DNA of 64,000 nt from Fibrobacteria bacterium (lineage in GTDB: Bacteria > Fibrobacterota > Fibrobacteria > UBA11236 > JADFYW01). This document shows, piece by piece, positions 9,702-19,565 of this stretch. A model generated the notes under the pieces. The model did not search any database, was not told the DNA's origin, and saw only the letters and a program-made list of their open reading frames with translations. Positions within the stretch are counted from its first letter, which is position 1; every line of letters starts with the position of its first letter. Where the stretch lies: positions 1-64,000 of the forward strand of contig JBNKOC010000019.1 of the NCBI GenBank assembly GCA_050294405.1. Direction: 5' to 3'. The position numbers and the translations under genes were made by a program.

Positions 9702-10184
9702 CTAAAGCCCTAGCAATCGGGAATGCCAGCTGTCTTTGGCCTGAAGCCGAAAACCTTTCTCCAGATAATCCTTTTCCTGAGTAAGGGCTGTGTCGAATAC
9801 CCAACTTTCTCCATTTACTTCGCCCTTTTTTGCCAACTCTCTGAATTCAAGGCGACTTGCGTTTTGGATAACACCATCTTGAGATTCGAAATATACCTGC
9901 CGGTTTAAAAAATCAACTCCGAGACCCTGTCCCAGCTTTAAAATTTGCCGCTGCAGAGAGTCGATGGAGCAGCCCGAAAGAGAAGCAGCGGTTTCATCAG
10001 CAAAAACCAGCAGAAAATGGTTGTGGAGGATTTGAAAATCTCCCTGGACAAGAGGATTTTTTTCATTTTTCCAGGAATTCATAAAACCCTCAAGCGTGGT
10101 TCTGATACCATTAATATGAGGCTCCAGGGAAATGGAGCTGCAGTAAATCCACAGTCTTCGGGATAGGGTTGTGGTTTTTTCCAT
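9702..10184 (-). CDS. Conserved hypothetical protein (SGCSIDS family)
   Basis: RLWIY, SGCSIDS, VFDT and SWH motifs resemble a conserved FCB-group family of unknown function. Confidence 0.7.
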   Translation of the reverse strand: MEKTTTLSRRLWIYCSSISLEPHINGIRTTLEGFMNSWKNEKNPLVQGDFQILHNHFLLVFADETAASLSGCSIDSLQRQILKLGQGLGVDFLNRQVYFESQDGVIQNASRLEFRELAKKGEVNGESWVFDTALTQEKDYLEKGFRLQAKDSWHSRLLGL

Positions 10185-10281
10185 TGTGAAAATTTCCTTT
10201 AATGAGCAGGTGGAAAAAATATCACTGCAAAGATTTTAAAAAGTATATATAATGTCAAAGTGGGTTCGGTTTTAAATTTGG

Positions 10282-12057
10282 ATGTTCTTGATAGCTTTGA
10301 ATAGAAACGCCGCTTTCCTTCTATTTTTCGCATTTTTGGCCGTTGTACCGGTATTTTCAAAAAGTCTTGAAAAAGCGGTAAAAAACCATATTGAGGATTT
10401 GGATGACAAATACCCTCTTAAAAAATGGGATAAAAAAATAGGCAAAACCCACAAAAAACTCCGAAAGATTTCTGCAAAGTTCTACCGAAATCCTTCTGAA
10501 GGAGTAAAAGATATTAGCTACAAAAGCATGATGTCTTTTAAAGAAGATGTGGACGCTCTTTTGGATTATGAAAAGAACCTGTATCAGCTGATTCAAGATT
10601 TATCCACCCCAGCCATTTGCCGGGCTACTTTTCCTAGAACAGCTCGGGCCAAAAGCCTGGATGAGATTCGTGAAAAGGCTCAATTGGAACGTTGGCTAAA
10701 AAATACCGAGAGAGATAGGAAAGAAAAGAAAATCCAGGTTTACAACAATCTGCAACAGGTTAAACTGGATTTTGAGAAATGGCAGGCCGATTGGCTTTAT
10801 CATTACAGCCGCCACGCCCTTTTCAAAACAGTTAGACAGGCCTTTGAAAAGCAGCACTTCAGCGACAACGGAAAAATTTACGATGAATTTGTATACCGGG
10901 TAAACGATATAAAAAAGACAATCAAAAATAATCCTGATGGAGCTATTGCCCAATTAAGAGCCCTTAGGGGAAAAGTTCATATTCCCGTAAAACACGTAGA
11001 GGAATTGGAAGGTCTGCTTACTCCAGAAATGTTGTATGGGGGCATATTAGCTCATGCTGCTGATGAAGAAGTGGATTTTACCATGAAGGCCGAAGAGAAA
11101 ATTGAAAGTATTTTGCAGGGGCTAAGTCAGCAAAATTTAAAGGCCGTATACATGCGAAAGGGAAAATGGGATAGGCTCAAGGACCATATTGACTATCAGA
11201 TAAATAGGGCGCAAGACCATATCGCTTACTTAAAACGCAAAGAAAAAAACAGGGAAATGATGGAGGCCAAGGTGGCTGCATTGGGGAACAATATTGGGGC
11301 CTTGGAAGATGATGAATTGGAAGAAGAACAAAAAGAATTAATGGAAGCCAGAAATGCTTCCAGAAATATAATGAACATGGGCTTTGAAAAAACCCTAAGC
11401 AAAAACACAGGACAGCTTAAAACCACCAAAGTCGGTAGCGCCAGCAAAAAGCTGGAAGTTAAAGTAAACAAATTTGATGAAAAACTATCTAAAACCGATG
11501 GTTTTAATTTTAATGTTAAGTCTCAGGCAAATTTTGACAGAATCAGTTCATCTGAAAAAAGTTCCAACTCTTTGTATACATACCAGGCCAAAAATGGAAG
11601 AGCGGATAAAAACGATCTTAAGGATTTTGTAAACGAGGTGGGCTTAATTTCTTTTGGAAGCCTGGATGAATTTATTTCTTATAAATTGCCTCATTCCTGG
11701 AAGCCCCAAAAAAGAGTGAGATGGCAGAAGGAAAAGCGCCAGGAAGAAGAGAAAAATCTGGACAGAGAATTTACCTATGTGGAACTATTTACAGAAGCCC
11801 ACAAGGTTCGCACCCAAAAAGAGCCCATAAGCGATCATGTGTCAAAAACCTATATCCCACCGAATATGATTGTAATTTTCGATTCTGGCGGTGGAATTGT
11901 GCGCTATGAAACCTTTTCAGATATAGACAGGGTTCGCATCAAAAGCTCAGACGTTATTAACGGAAATGTATACTACAAATTTCTAAACTATTCTGTTAAT
12001 GGAAGCCGTATCCAACTCCGTGGAATTGACCACGAAGTCAAGATGGCTAATTTGTAA
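10282..12057 (+). CDS. Hypothetical exported helical/coiled-coil protein
   Basis: 591-aa ORF with N-terminal signal peptide, Lys/Glu-rich; no family recognised. Confidence 0.7.
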   Translation: MFLIALNRNAAFLLFFAFLAVVPVFSKSLEKAVKNHIEDLDDKYPLKKWDKKIGKTHKKLRKISAKFYRNPSEGVKDISYKSMMSFKEDVDALLDYEKNLYQLIQDLSTPAICRATFPRTARAKSLDEIREKAQLERWLKNTERDRKEKKIQVYNNLQQVKLDFEKWQADWLYHYSRHALFKTVRQAFEKQHFSDNGKIYDEFVYRVNDIKKTIKNNPDGAIAQLRALRGKVHIPVKHVEELEGLLTPEMLYGGILAHAADEEVDFTMKAEEKIESILQGLSQQNLKAVYMRKGKWDRLKDHIDYQINRAQDHIAYLKRKEKNREMMEAKVAALGNNIGALEDDELEEEQKELMEARNASRNIMNMGFEKTLSKNTGQLKTTKVGSASKKLEVKVNKFDEKLSKTDGFNFNVKSQANFDRISSSEKSSNSLYTYQAKNGRADKNDLKDFVNEVGLISFGSLDEFISYKLPHSWKPQKRVRWQKEKRQEEEKNLDREFTYVELFTEAHKVRTQKEPISDHVSKTYIPPNMIVIFDSGGGIVRYETFSDIDRVRIKSSDVINGNVYYKFLNYSVNGSRIQLRGIDHEVKMANL

Positions 12058-12135
12058 TTGCTTTTATCTTATAGTTGGATGGAGGAAAAAACAACCGCTA
12101 TGTTGGTAAATTGAGAAAATTTAAATTCATTAATT

Positions 12136-12876
12136 TTACAACAGCTGAAATTCCCGAACCAACTGTCCTTTTCCCTCAAATTGTCCCGCTGAATTGCTGC
12201 TTCGAATTAAGTCGAATTTTTGTATGCATTTTAAGAGCCCGCTTTTCCCAAACCAGTAGTGGGCCTCCTGAACGGTTTCACCGGCAATTTTCCAATTTTC
12301 TTGTATAACCCAACTTTCTTCAAGTCCGTTTTTATAAACAACGGTGTCGATTTTTTCCAGCTGTCTGGATATTTCAAACAGGTTTTTTTTAAATGTTAAA
12401 GGCCCATCTCCCTCGGCAAGTAAAGGAAGAGGATTGGTAAACTGGGTTATGTTATTGCTATCAACGCTGCCTAAGTAAAAAAGTCGTGGTCCCATATTAC
12501 CCAACAAGGAATCAGAAAAAGCTTCAATTTGACTTTGGTTAAAGTACACATATATGCTTTTTTCCCAAAGAGGATTGTCGTCCAAATTACTGGTGGAAAT
12601 CATACTAATTTTAGCAACAGATTCCGATTGAATTAGACTGTCACTAATATGTTTAAATTGTAAATTGTAATTTAAATAGCTTGTATCCGAAGAGCCTTGG
12701 GATTTGACAAATGATTCTGTGACTTGATAATTCAGCGAGCCTTTATTTTGCAATTTTTTTGAATAATCATTAATATTGACTGGTCTGGGCACAACTGGAG
12801 TTGTGGAAAACATATCTCCACAGGAACAAAGTAAAAAGGATATTCCCCCTAAAATCAAATAATATTTAAACATCAA
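12136..12876 (-). CDS. Hypothetical lipoprotein
   Basis: Lipobox-like LLCSC after a hydrophobic N-terminus. Confidence 0.65.
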   Translation of the reverse strand: MMFKYYLILGGISFLLCSCGDMFSTTPVVPRPVNINDYSKKLQNKGSLNYQVTESFVKSQGSSDTSYLNYNLQFKHISDSLIQSESVAKISMISTSNLDDNPLWEKSIYVYFNQSQIEAFSDSLLGNMGPRLFYLGSVDSNNITQFTNPLPLLAEGDGPLTFKKNLFEISRQLEKIDTVVYKNGLEESWVIQENWKIAGETVQEAHYWFGKSGLLKCIQKFDLIRSSNSAGQFEGKGQLVREFQLL

Positions 12877-12930
12877 AATTTACCTTTTGTGGCCGACAAC
12901 AATATATAATAGTATTCTAATCAAGTAGTA

Positions 12931-14694
12931 ATGGACACGATAAAGCTTCTTTTTTTTACTTCTATTTTGCTCCAATCCATGAGTTTTGGGGGTATTGGCT
13001 GCGGCCTGCCCCAATTAATTGAAAAATACAAAAACTGGCCAGCATTGGGAAAATACCAACCGGCACCAGCACTTTTAGCTCCGGAGTTTGCGAGCAGAAG
13101 TTACGAAACTGAAAATTTCGCCATTCATTACACCTTGTATTCCATTCATAAAGTTGTCACTAGCTCGAAGGACAACCAAGTTTTAAATTTATTCGATTCC
13201 TTGCAAACGGCCCTGAATCCATCGGATTTCCAGGACTATCAAAATATTTTTAATGAAATGGACAACCAAAATGCGAGCCATCCGGAGTTCATATTAAACC
13301 TTGGAAAATATGCTGAGGAGGCTTACAACTATTATGTAAATGAGTTGGGAATGAAATGGAGCGAAACCATATTGCCCTCGCGCTTTTTTCAAAAGCCAAG
13401 CATTCCAAACAAGCTTCACATTGAGGTGGTAGATATTAATAGGGCCGATTTAAATTATGCAGGTACTTTGATATATGGATTGGCATACCCATACTGGGAC
13501 TTTGGCGGGGGCGTATTTATGGAAAATGACTTTAGATGGGATACAACCCGGCTTGGAGAAGGAGACTACCTTCCCATAACCTTTGAATATTTCCGTGGTC
13601 CCCAGGATATGGTTCTAGACTACAGTGTGGAATGGGATAAGGCTTTAAAGGTCACAACCATGCATGAGTTGTATCATGTCGTGCAATACGGATACATCAA
13701 CCAGTCCCATTTTGCTAATTTCCATTTTTGGTTCGAAGCTTCTGCTACAGGTATGGAAGACATATTAGCAGATGAAGTAAATGATTACTATCAGTATTTG
13801 CCTGTTAATTTGGACGGACATTCAACCCGATCTCTCACCCATCTTTGCAGAGAATGTAGAGACCAATATGGAAATGGAATATTTCTCCATTTTTTATTTT
13901 TTAACTTTGATTCCTCTTTTGAAAAGAAGTTATGGGGCCACCTGGAAAAAGACACTGATATTATTAATGCATTTAACAACAGCTTTGCAGACTATAACAG
14001 TTCTTTTGCCAAGGCTTATCCCAAATATGGAAGCCGGTTGATATATAACCAAAAGGAAAATGCGCCATTTGAATTGTTTAATAAAGACGCTATCAATTGG
14101 CCTATTTTAAAAAGAAAAAATTTGGACTTAAGCAGCAGTGATTCCAGTAATTTATCCCTACCCCCTTTGTCTTTTGAAATTTACGATATATATGGGAACA
14201 ATAATTCCGTCCGTCAAAAAATAAATTTAGAATCCGGAGAAAATGCCAGCATTATGTTGATATATGGTAATGAAATTATCCAGGCGGATTTGAATGCAAC
14301 CGAACCCAGCTACATCATTCCTCTACCGCAGGATAACACTGGGGAAAACTTTTTATTTATTAGCAACAATTCACCCGAAAGTTACGCAAGTTTTAAAATA
14401 ACACCTTTCTTAAGCGTAAAGGACAGCTCCGTTTATCCTTTTCCCAACCCTTTGGTATTAAGTTCAAACAATGGTAACTTGTTATTTACCAAGCCTTTTA
14501 CTCCGGATAGTATCACTAACATTGAAATATATAGTGAATATGGGGACCTGGTTCAAAAACTGCAATTGGATTCTGGAAATCTGGATTGGAGCTGGAACCT
14601 AAAAAACTCCCGAGGGGAAAATATCATACCTGGAGTGTATTTCTTAAAAACTGAAACCAATAGAGTTCAGCCTTTTTTAATACAAAAAAATTAA
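12931..14694 (+). CDS. Secreted zinc metallopeptidase-like protein with C-terminal T9SS/FlgD-Ig-like domain
   Basis: Signal peptide, HELYHVVQYGY zinc motif, WFEASATGME; C-terminal VYPFPNP...IEIY...GDLV...WN...G..IIPGVYFLK. Confidence 0.75.
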   Translation: MDTIKLLFFTSILLQSMSFGGIGCGLPQLIEKYKNWPALGKYQPAPALLAPEFASRSYETENFAIHYTLYSIHKVVTSSKDNQVLNLFDSLQTALNPSDFQDYQNIFNEMDNQNASHPEFILNLGKYAEEAYNYYVNELGMKWSETILPSRFFQKPSIPNKLHIEVVDINRADLNYAGTLIYGLAYPYWDFGGGVFMENDFRWDTTRLGEGDYLPITFEYFRGPQDMVLDYSVEWDKALKVTTMHELYHVVQYGYINQSHFANFHFWFEASATGMEDILADEVNDYYQYLPVNLDGHSTRSLTHLCRECRDQYGNGIFLHFLFFNFDSSFEKKLWGHLEKDTDIINAFNNSFADYNSSFAKAYPKYGSRLIYNQKENAPFELFNKDAINWPILKRKNLDLSSSDSSNLSLPPLSFEIYDIYGNNNSVRQKINLESGENASIMLIYGNEIIQADLNATEPSYIIPLPQDNTGENFLFISNNSPESYASFKITPFLSVKDSSVYPFPNPLVLSSNNGNLLFTKPFTPDSITNIEIYSEYGDLVQKLQLDSGNLDWSWNLKNSRGENIIPGVYFLKTETNRVQPFLIQKN

Positions 14695-16529
14695 GGTTTT
14701 TCTAGAAACTGGCAAGCTTCGCCCAAGCCCAATTTACAAGATTTATCTATAAGAAAACCCGCTCTGGCCTTGTCTTCAGGCAAACCTTTTCCCTCGTAAT
14801 ACATCATACCTAAAAAATAGCAACTGGGCGCGTCTCCCATGGAGCAAGCTTTGGTAAATAAGCGAACAGCCTCAGCTAAATTTGTAGGTGAAATATCCCC
14901 AGAGAAATACATGTGCCCCAATTTTCCACAAGCAGGGATAAAATTCTGATCGCACGCTTTTTTAAAATAGAAAGAGGCTTTTTGTGAATCTTTCTTTACC
15001 CCTTTGCCATTATAGTATGCTGAGGCAATAACATAATTAATTTTTTCCTTTTCCAGGTTATCCGGTGTGTTTTCCAATTTTTTAAGAACAGCTGTAGCCG
15101 CAGAATTCCATTTTGTAGAAAAATTTCCAAATGCGTATTCATTTAAAAAGTTTAGGCAACCGCTGACGGTCCCTAATTCACAGGCTTGTTCAAAATAAAA
15201 CAAAATGGGCTTGTATTTATTATCTGCTTCCTTGTAATTGGAATATTTTTTTAAGGCGACGCCCATTCGGTTACAATAATCACCGTTATCTTCCAGGCAA
15301 TACTTATGGGAAATCTGGAAAAGGGTTTTACATCCATTAGGCTTATTTTCTTCGCAGTTTTTTTCCCATAGGCCTATGTTTTTCCCTGGATGGGAAGTGC
15401 CTAAAAATCCCGTCCCGTAACAAAAACAAAAAAAGCTTATCCACAGGGACATATGGAAAATATTCGAATTCCAAATGGATTTGCTCTGGGAGATTTTAAT
15501 AAAGACTTTTGCCTTAAATATTTTTTCAAGGGGAATCACCATTAGATTCATCAAAGGGACTTGTAGTATTTTGTCGTATAAGGTTGGCTGATTGTTAAAG
15601 TTTAGAATTCCAAATAAAACAAAAATACTGGAGCCGTATATTAATCCAAATACAACTTTCCCCAAATTAGATTTAGGTGAAGTGGAAGGGTCTGTTATCA
15701 ACAAGTGCACACCCAAAAAAACGGCTGGAGGAATATTGGAATCAATAAACCAATAACTTCCAGTTGCAGCAAAATAAATTTGATTTAATAGGTACAAGCT
15801 AAGAACTGAGGCGAATGTAACCAGAGTTGTTTTGAAATAAAACTGGACAACTAACCCCAAGACAAAAACAATCAAATAATTATAGGGATGGTATAATTCA
15901 GAAGCCAAAGAAGTGGCCCAGGTCCACTCCGCAGTTTTTTCTGTAACAATTAAAATAACAGAAAAAAAGGCAAGACTAAGGATGGAAGGGTTAAAAACAG
16001 GGATTTTCTTTCCGTCTATATGTTTATAAAATATTTGCTTTCCAAGTAATGCTAAAGCGATCAATAACATTTGATAATAAAACCAATCATCTTTAAACCA
16101 GATAAAAAAGTTAATACTAATGATTACCGGTAAAGGGCCAAAACCCAAATGGTAACGTTTTAGCAAACTGGAGTAAAACAACATTTCCAGCATATATCCA
16201 AATAAAAATTGGATTCCTATAAGGGGCAACTGTTTGACTAAGGGCGGCCAGCTAAAAGCAAAAAAAGCCACTAAGGCGATTTGAACCAGGAATTGGATAT
16301 AGTGATTTTTTCTAAAATCCAGCTTAAATAAAACTGGCCCTTTTCTTTTATTTATGAGTACGGTTAGAAAAACAAACCACAGAAAAAATAATACGGAAGA
16401 TATGGCTATGGAATAAAACAGCTTGGAGTTTTCATATACTCTGGGTAAAAGCAAACTAAGGGTATACAAAACCCAAAACCCCAAAAAACATTTGGATAGG
16501 CTTTGCGATAATGTTTCTTTGAAATTCAT
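14691..16529 (-). CDS. RnfD/NqrB (UnbU)-like polytopic membrane protein fused to Cys-rich Sel1 repeats
   Basis: VFNPS and ITDPSTSP motifs in a multi-TM region; C-terminal GKGVKKDSQKASFYFKKACD, ACGKLGHMY and SCYFLGMMYYEGKG repeats. Confidence 0.75.
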   Translation of the reverse strand: MNFKETLSQSLSKCFLGFWVLYTLSLLLPRVYENSKLFYSIAISSVLFFLWFVFLTVLINKRKGPVLFKLDFRKNHYIQFLVQIALVAFFAFSWPPLVKQLPLIGIQFLFGYMLEMLFYSSLLKRYHLGFGPLPVIISINFFIWFKDDWFYYQMLLIALALLGKQIFYKHIDGKKIPVFNPSILSLAFFSVILIVTEKTAEWTWATSLASELYHPYNYLIVFVLGLVVQFYFKTTLVTFASVLSLYLLNQIYFAATGSYWFIDSNIPPAVFLGVHLLITDPSTSPKSNLGKVVFGLIYGSSIFVLFGILNFNNQPTLYDKILQVPLMNLMVIPLEKIFKAKVFIKISQSKSIWNSNIFHMSLWISFFCFCYGTGFLGTSHPGKNIGLWEKNCEENKPNGCKTLFQISHKYCLEDNGDYCNRMGVALKKYSNYKEADNKYKPILFYFEQACELGTVSGCLNFLNEYAFGNFSTKWNSAATAVLKKLENTPDNLEKEKINYVIASAYYNGKGVKKDSQKASFYFKKACDQNFIPACGKLGHMYFSGDISPTNLAEAVRLFTKACSMGDAPSCYFLGMMYYEGKGLPEDKARAGFLIDKSCKLGLGEACQFLEKP

Positions 16530-16610
16530 AAGCTAGCTGTATTGCCTTTGCACCCCGGATGAAAATATAGCAAGGAATTTGTTAATTTAATTTCTAGCTG
16601 AGGAATTGAA

Positions 16611-17267
16611 ATGCGTAGATTAATAATTGGAGATGTCCACGGGTGCTTTGATGAGCTGCAGCTTCTTTTGGAAAAATTTGATTTTAAAACTTCCAGGGAC
16701 AGCCTCATTTTTGTGGGCGATATAATGGGAAAAGGGCCAAATTCTCTTGGAGTGTTGGAGTTTATGGAAAAAGTTGCAGCCCGGTCTGTAATTGGAAATC
16801 ACGAAGAAGCACTCCTCAAATATTATAAAATGCCGCAGGAAACAATCCTCCCCCACCAAAAGGCCTACTTGGATTCCCTCAAATCTAAAAAGAATTATTG
16901 GGTGGATAGAATTTCCTCCTGGCCATATTTTTTGGAATTTAACGACTTGGTAGTAGTCCATGCAGGTTTGCAGCCAAATGTTAAGAAATTAACCGATATG
17001 GAGTCTCGAATTTTATGCAGAATTCGAAGTTGGGATGGAGTCGGGCACAATCTAAACGAGGCCGACCACCCCGCTTGGTTCGACTGCATGTCCTTTCCCA
17101 AAAAGGTTGTGTTTGGACATTGGGCTGTTCGAGGCCTTCAGCGCGGAGATTGGTATTTAGGATTAGACACTGGCTGTGTATACGGCAGGCAACTATCCGC
17201 CTATTGCCCCGAAGAAGATAAACTATACCAGGTAAATAGCTTAAAAGCATATGCCAAATACAACTGA
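16611..17267 (+). CDS. Metallophosphoesterase, ApaH/PrpE-like
   Basis: IGDVHGC, VGDIMGKGP, GNHE, VHAG, FGHW and LDTGCVYG motifs. Confidence 0.9.
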   Translation: MRRLIIGDVHGCFDELQLLLEKFDFKTSRDSLIFVGDIMGKGPNSLGVLEFMEKVAARSVIGNHEEALLKYYKMPQETILPHQKAYLDSLKSKKNYWVDRISSWPYFLEFNDLVVVHAGLQPNVKKLTDMESRILCRIRSWDGVGHNLNEADHPAWFDCMSFPKKVVFGHWAVRGLQRGDWYLGLDTGCVYGRQLSAYCPEEDKLYQVNSLKAYAKYN

Positions 17268-17308
17268 GATTAAACTACTTTTTAATTTTTAAAATATATA
17301 AGTGAGAC

Positions 17309-18226
17309 ATGAATAAAGTAACCATAGATGGAATTGATTTACATCTGGCCAAGCCAGTGGAAGTTACTAAGGATTGGATTGGCCAGCCTGAAGCTTTAGA
17401 CCAGCTTTTAGCCTGTTGGCTAACCCTCTCGGATAAGGATATGCCCCTTTCTCCCCGTATCGTTGGGGTCCCAGGGCTTGGAAAAACCACTCTGGCCTTA
17501 ACTGCCGCTAAAAAAAGAGAGCAGGATGTATATGTATTTCAGTGTACTTCAGATACCCGACCAGAAGACTTATTAGTAACTCCGGTTTTAGGGCAAGACA
17601 GTAAAATCATTTACCATGCCTCTCCCCTGGTGTCCGCCATGATTAAAGGGGCCGTTGCGGTCCTTGATGAAGGCAACAGAATGTCCGAAAAATCCTGGGC
17701 TTCCCTGGCCTCCCTTCTGGATGATAGGAAGTCAATCGAATCCATTGTGGCGGGAATCAATATAAAGGCTCACCCCAATTTTAGGTGCGTGGTTACCATG
17801 AACGATGATAGCTCCACCTACGAGGTACCGGACTATATTATGTCAAGACTTCAGCCTGCTATAGAGTTGAGCTTTCCAAATGAAGTGGATGAGTTACAAA
17901 TCCTCAAATACAATTTGCCAGAATCACCAGATCAACTTTTGGAAATTTGTGTGGGCTACCTTCAGCAGGCCCACCAACTTGGGCTTCCCTATTCTTTAAG
18001 AGATGGAATTAATGCGGTTCGCTATGCCCAGCGTTTGCAGACTCTGGGAAAGGGAGAATACCAGGAGTATTTTAACCAGGCTATTAGCCAAATTCTTGGA
18101 GAAGAAGCTCTGGATCTCGAAAAACAAGCTGAAAAACGCCGCTTGGAAGGAGATTCTCTCCATAAAATGCAAATGGGAGATTTCTTTTTTGATGAAGAGG
18201 ATCCTATGAATCCAGATAATTTTTAG
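17309..18226 (+). CDS. MoxR-like AAA+ ATPase
   Basis: Walker A GVPGLGKT, Walker [20 protein letters not shown]. Confidence 0.9.
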   Translation: MNKVTIDGIDLHLAKPVEVTKDWIGQPEALDQLLACWLTLSDKDMPLSPRIVGVPGLGKTTLALTAAKKREQDVYVFQCTSDTRPEDLLVTPVLGQDSKIIYHASPLVSAMIKGAVAVLDEGNRMSEKSWASLASLLDDRKSIESIVAGINIKAHPNFRCVVTMNDDSSTYEVPDYIMSRLQPAIELSFPNEVDELQILKYNLPESPDQLLEICVGYLQQAHQLGLPYSLRDGINAVRYAQRLQTLGKGEYQEYFNQAISQILGEEALDLEKQAEKRRLEGDSLHKMQMGDFFFDEEDPMNPDNF

Positions 18227-18251
18227 AATGTTTTTATAGTTTTAAAAAAGA

Positions 18252-18280
18252 AAAAGGCCCGGTTCTAAACCGGGCCTTTT
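18252..18280. terminator. Bidirectional rho-independent terminator
   Basis: aaaaggcccggtt-cta-aaccgggcctttt hairpin between convergent genes. Confidence 0.85.
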
Positions 18281-18301
18281 CTAATATCTTCAAAATCTGG
18301 A

Positions 18302-19486
18302 TTATTTAATAACAATCTTTTTGGTTGTTAATTCATCGCCGTTAGCAATGCTTAAATAATAAACACCCATGGGCATTCCAGAGAAGGTATAAGTTTTTGC
18401 ACCTACTCCTTCATGTTTTTCAACTAATTTACCTTGGAAGTCATGAAGCTTTACTGTGTGGAAACCAGCTTTAAAAATATTCAGCTGATAGCCATCCATT
18501 CTGGAATTTTGTCCTTCTTCAACTAAGCTAATTCCAACAATACAAGTACCATCATCATAAGTAGCATCTGCATTATAGTTAGTAGCTGTTTCGTCAGTAC
18601 AACCAGGGATTTCACAGGAACCGTCATCTGTGGTAGCATCGGGATTGTAGTTATCTGCATCAGGATTAGTACATCCAGAAACTGCAGCAAAATCACCCGC
18701 TACAAAACGCATTTCATCCCAAAAGAAATTTTCATTCCAATTGTTTTGCTGAGTGTAAATATCTCTTACATGGCCAATAGCGGTATATAAAACTCTTCCT
18801 TCGCCTTCTCTTTTCGCCCATACAATGGGATTTACACCTGTAGGATCTGGGTTATCCAAAGATACAACCACGTTCTGAGCACCAGATACGGAAGCAACCA
18901 TTGTAAACCCCTCCTGTCCCCTTGGAGAGTTTTGGAAAGAATACCATTCTTCGTATAGTGTTGCAGGATCGTGTCCTTCTAACATCATTTTCAATTCAGG
19001 ATCGCCATCTGCTTCGGAATCCCAAGCAAGGGTTCCATTTCCTTGCGCTCCGTGACGAGAAAAAGTTGTTCCGATTAAAGAACGCAATTCAATCCAGGAA
19101 TCCGCATGGTCTCCAGCTCCATGAACAGGGAGCCAACCTCCTCCATTACGGATAAAGTTTAATACAGCATTTCTGGAAGCTGGTGATGTCACTGACTGTC
19201 CGCCATCTGTGTTGTTGTTCCAAACTAGCAAGTCAAACTGGGATAAAAATTCAGCATCCAGAAGACCTTCATTTTCGGTTGATGTAAATTCAAACCCATA
19301 CTGGTTAGACAGTTTTTCCATCACCTCGATTAAGGCGGCTCTTCCGTCAACATGAACCCATCCACCGATTTTATTGTATAAAAGCACGTTTTGGATTTTA
19401 GTGACATTGCGCTCAGGCTTGGTTTGAGCCATGCTAAAGCTGCATAGCATTGCTACCACAGCCACTAAAACTTTCAGCTTATTCAT
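18302..19486 (-). CDS. Secreted ThuA-domain protein with GCT(N/D) repeats and T9SS-like C-terminal domain
   Basis: GGGWLPVHGA, EEWYSF, PIVW and GRVLYTAIGH (ThuA-like); two GCTxxxAxNYNxDATxDDGxC repeats; ends GVYYLSI...TKKIVIK. Confidence 0.85.
   Translation of the reverse strand: MNKLKVLVAVVAMLCSFSMAQTKPERNVTKIQNVLLYNKIGGWVHVDGRAALIEVMEKLSNQYGFEFTSTENEGLLDAEFLSQFDLLVWNNNTDGGQSVTSPASRNAVLNFIRNGGGWLPVHGAGDHADSWIELRSLIGTTFSRHGAQGNGTLAWDSEADGDPELKMMLEGHDPATLYEEWYSFQNSPRGQEGFTMVASVSGAQNVVVSLDNPDPTGVNPIVWAKREGEGRVLYTAIGHVRDIYTQQNNWNENFFWDEMRFVAGDFAAVSGCTNPDADNYNPDATTDDGSCEIPGCTDETATNYNADATYDDGTCIVGISLVEEGQNSRMDGYQLNIFKAGFHTVKLHDFQGKLVEKHEGVGAKTYTFSGMPMGVYYLSIANGDELTTKKIVIK
18542..18676 (-). repeat. 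Two Cys/Asp-rich peptide repeats (24-aa period)
   Basis: GCTNPDADNYNPDATTDDGSC and GCTDETATNYNADATYDDGTC. Confidence 0.8.
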
Positions 19487-19565
19487 TTATTTCCCCCTTG
19501 GCATTAAGCTGCCTGTTAACCATTCTCTTGTTCCAAAGATATATTAAAATCAAAAATCATGCTGA

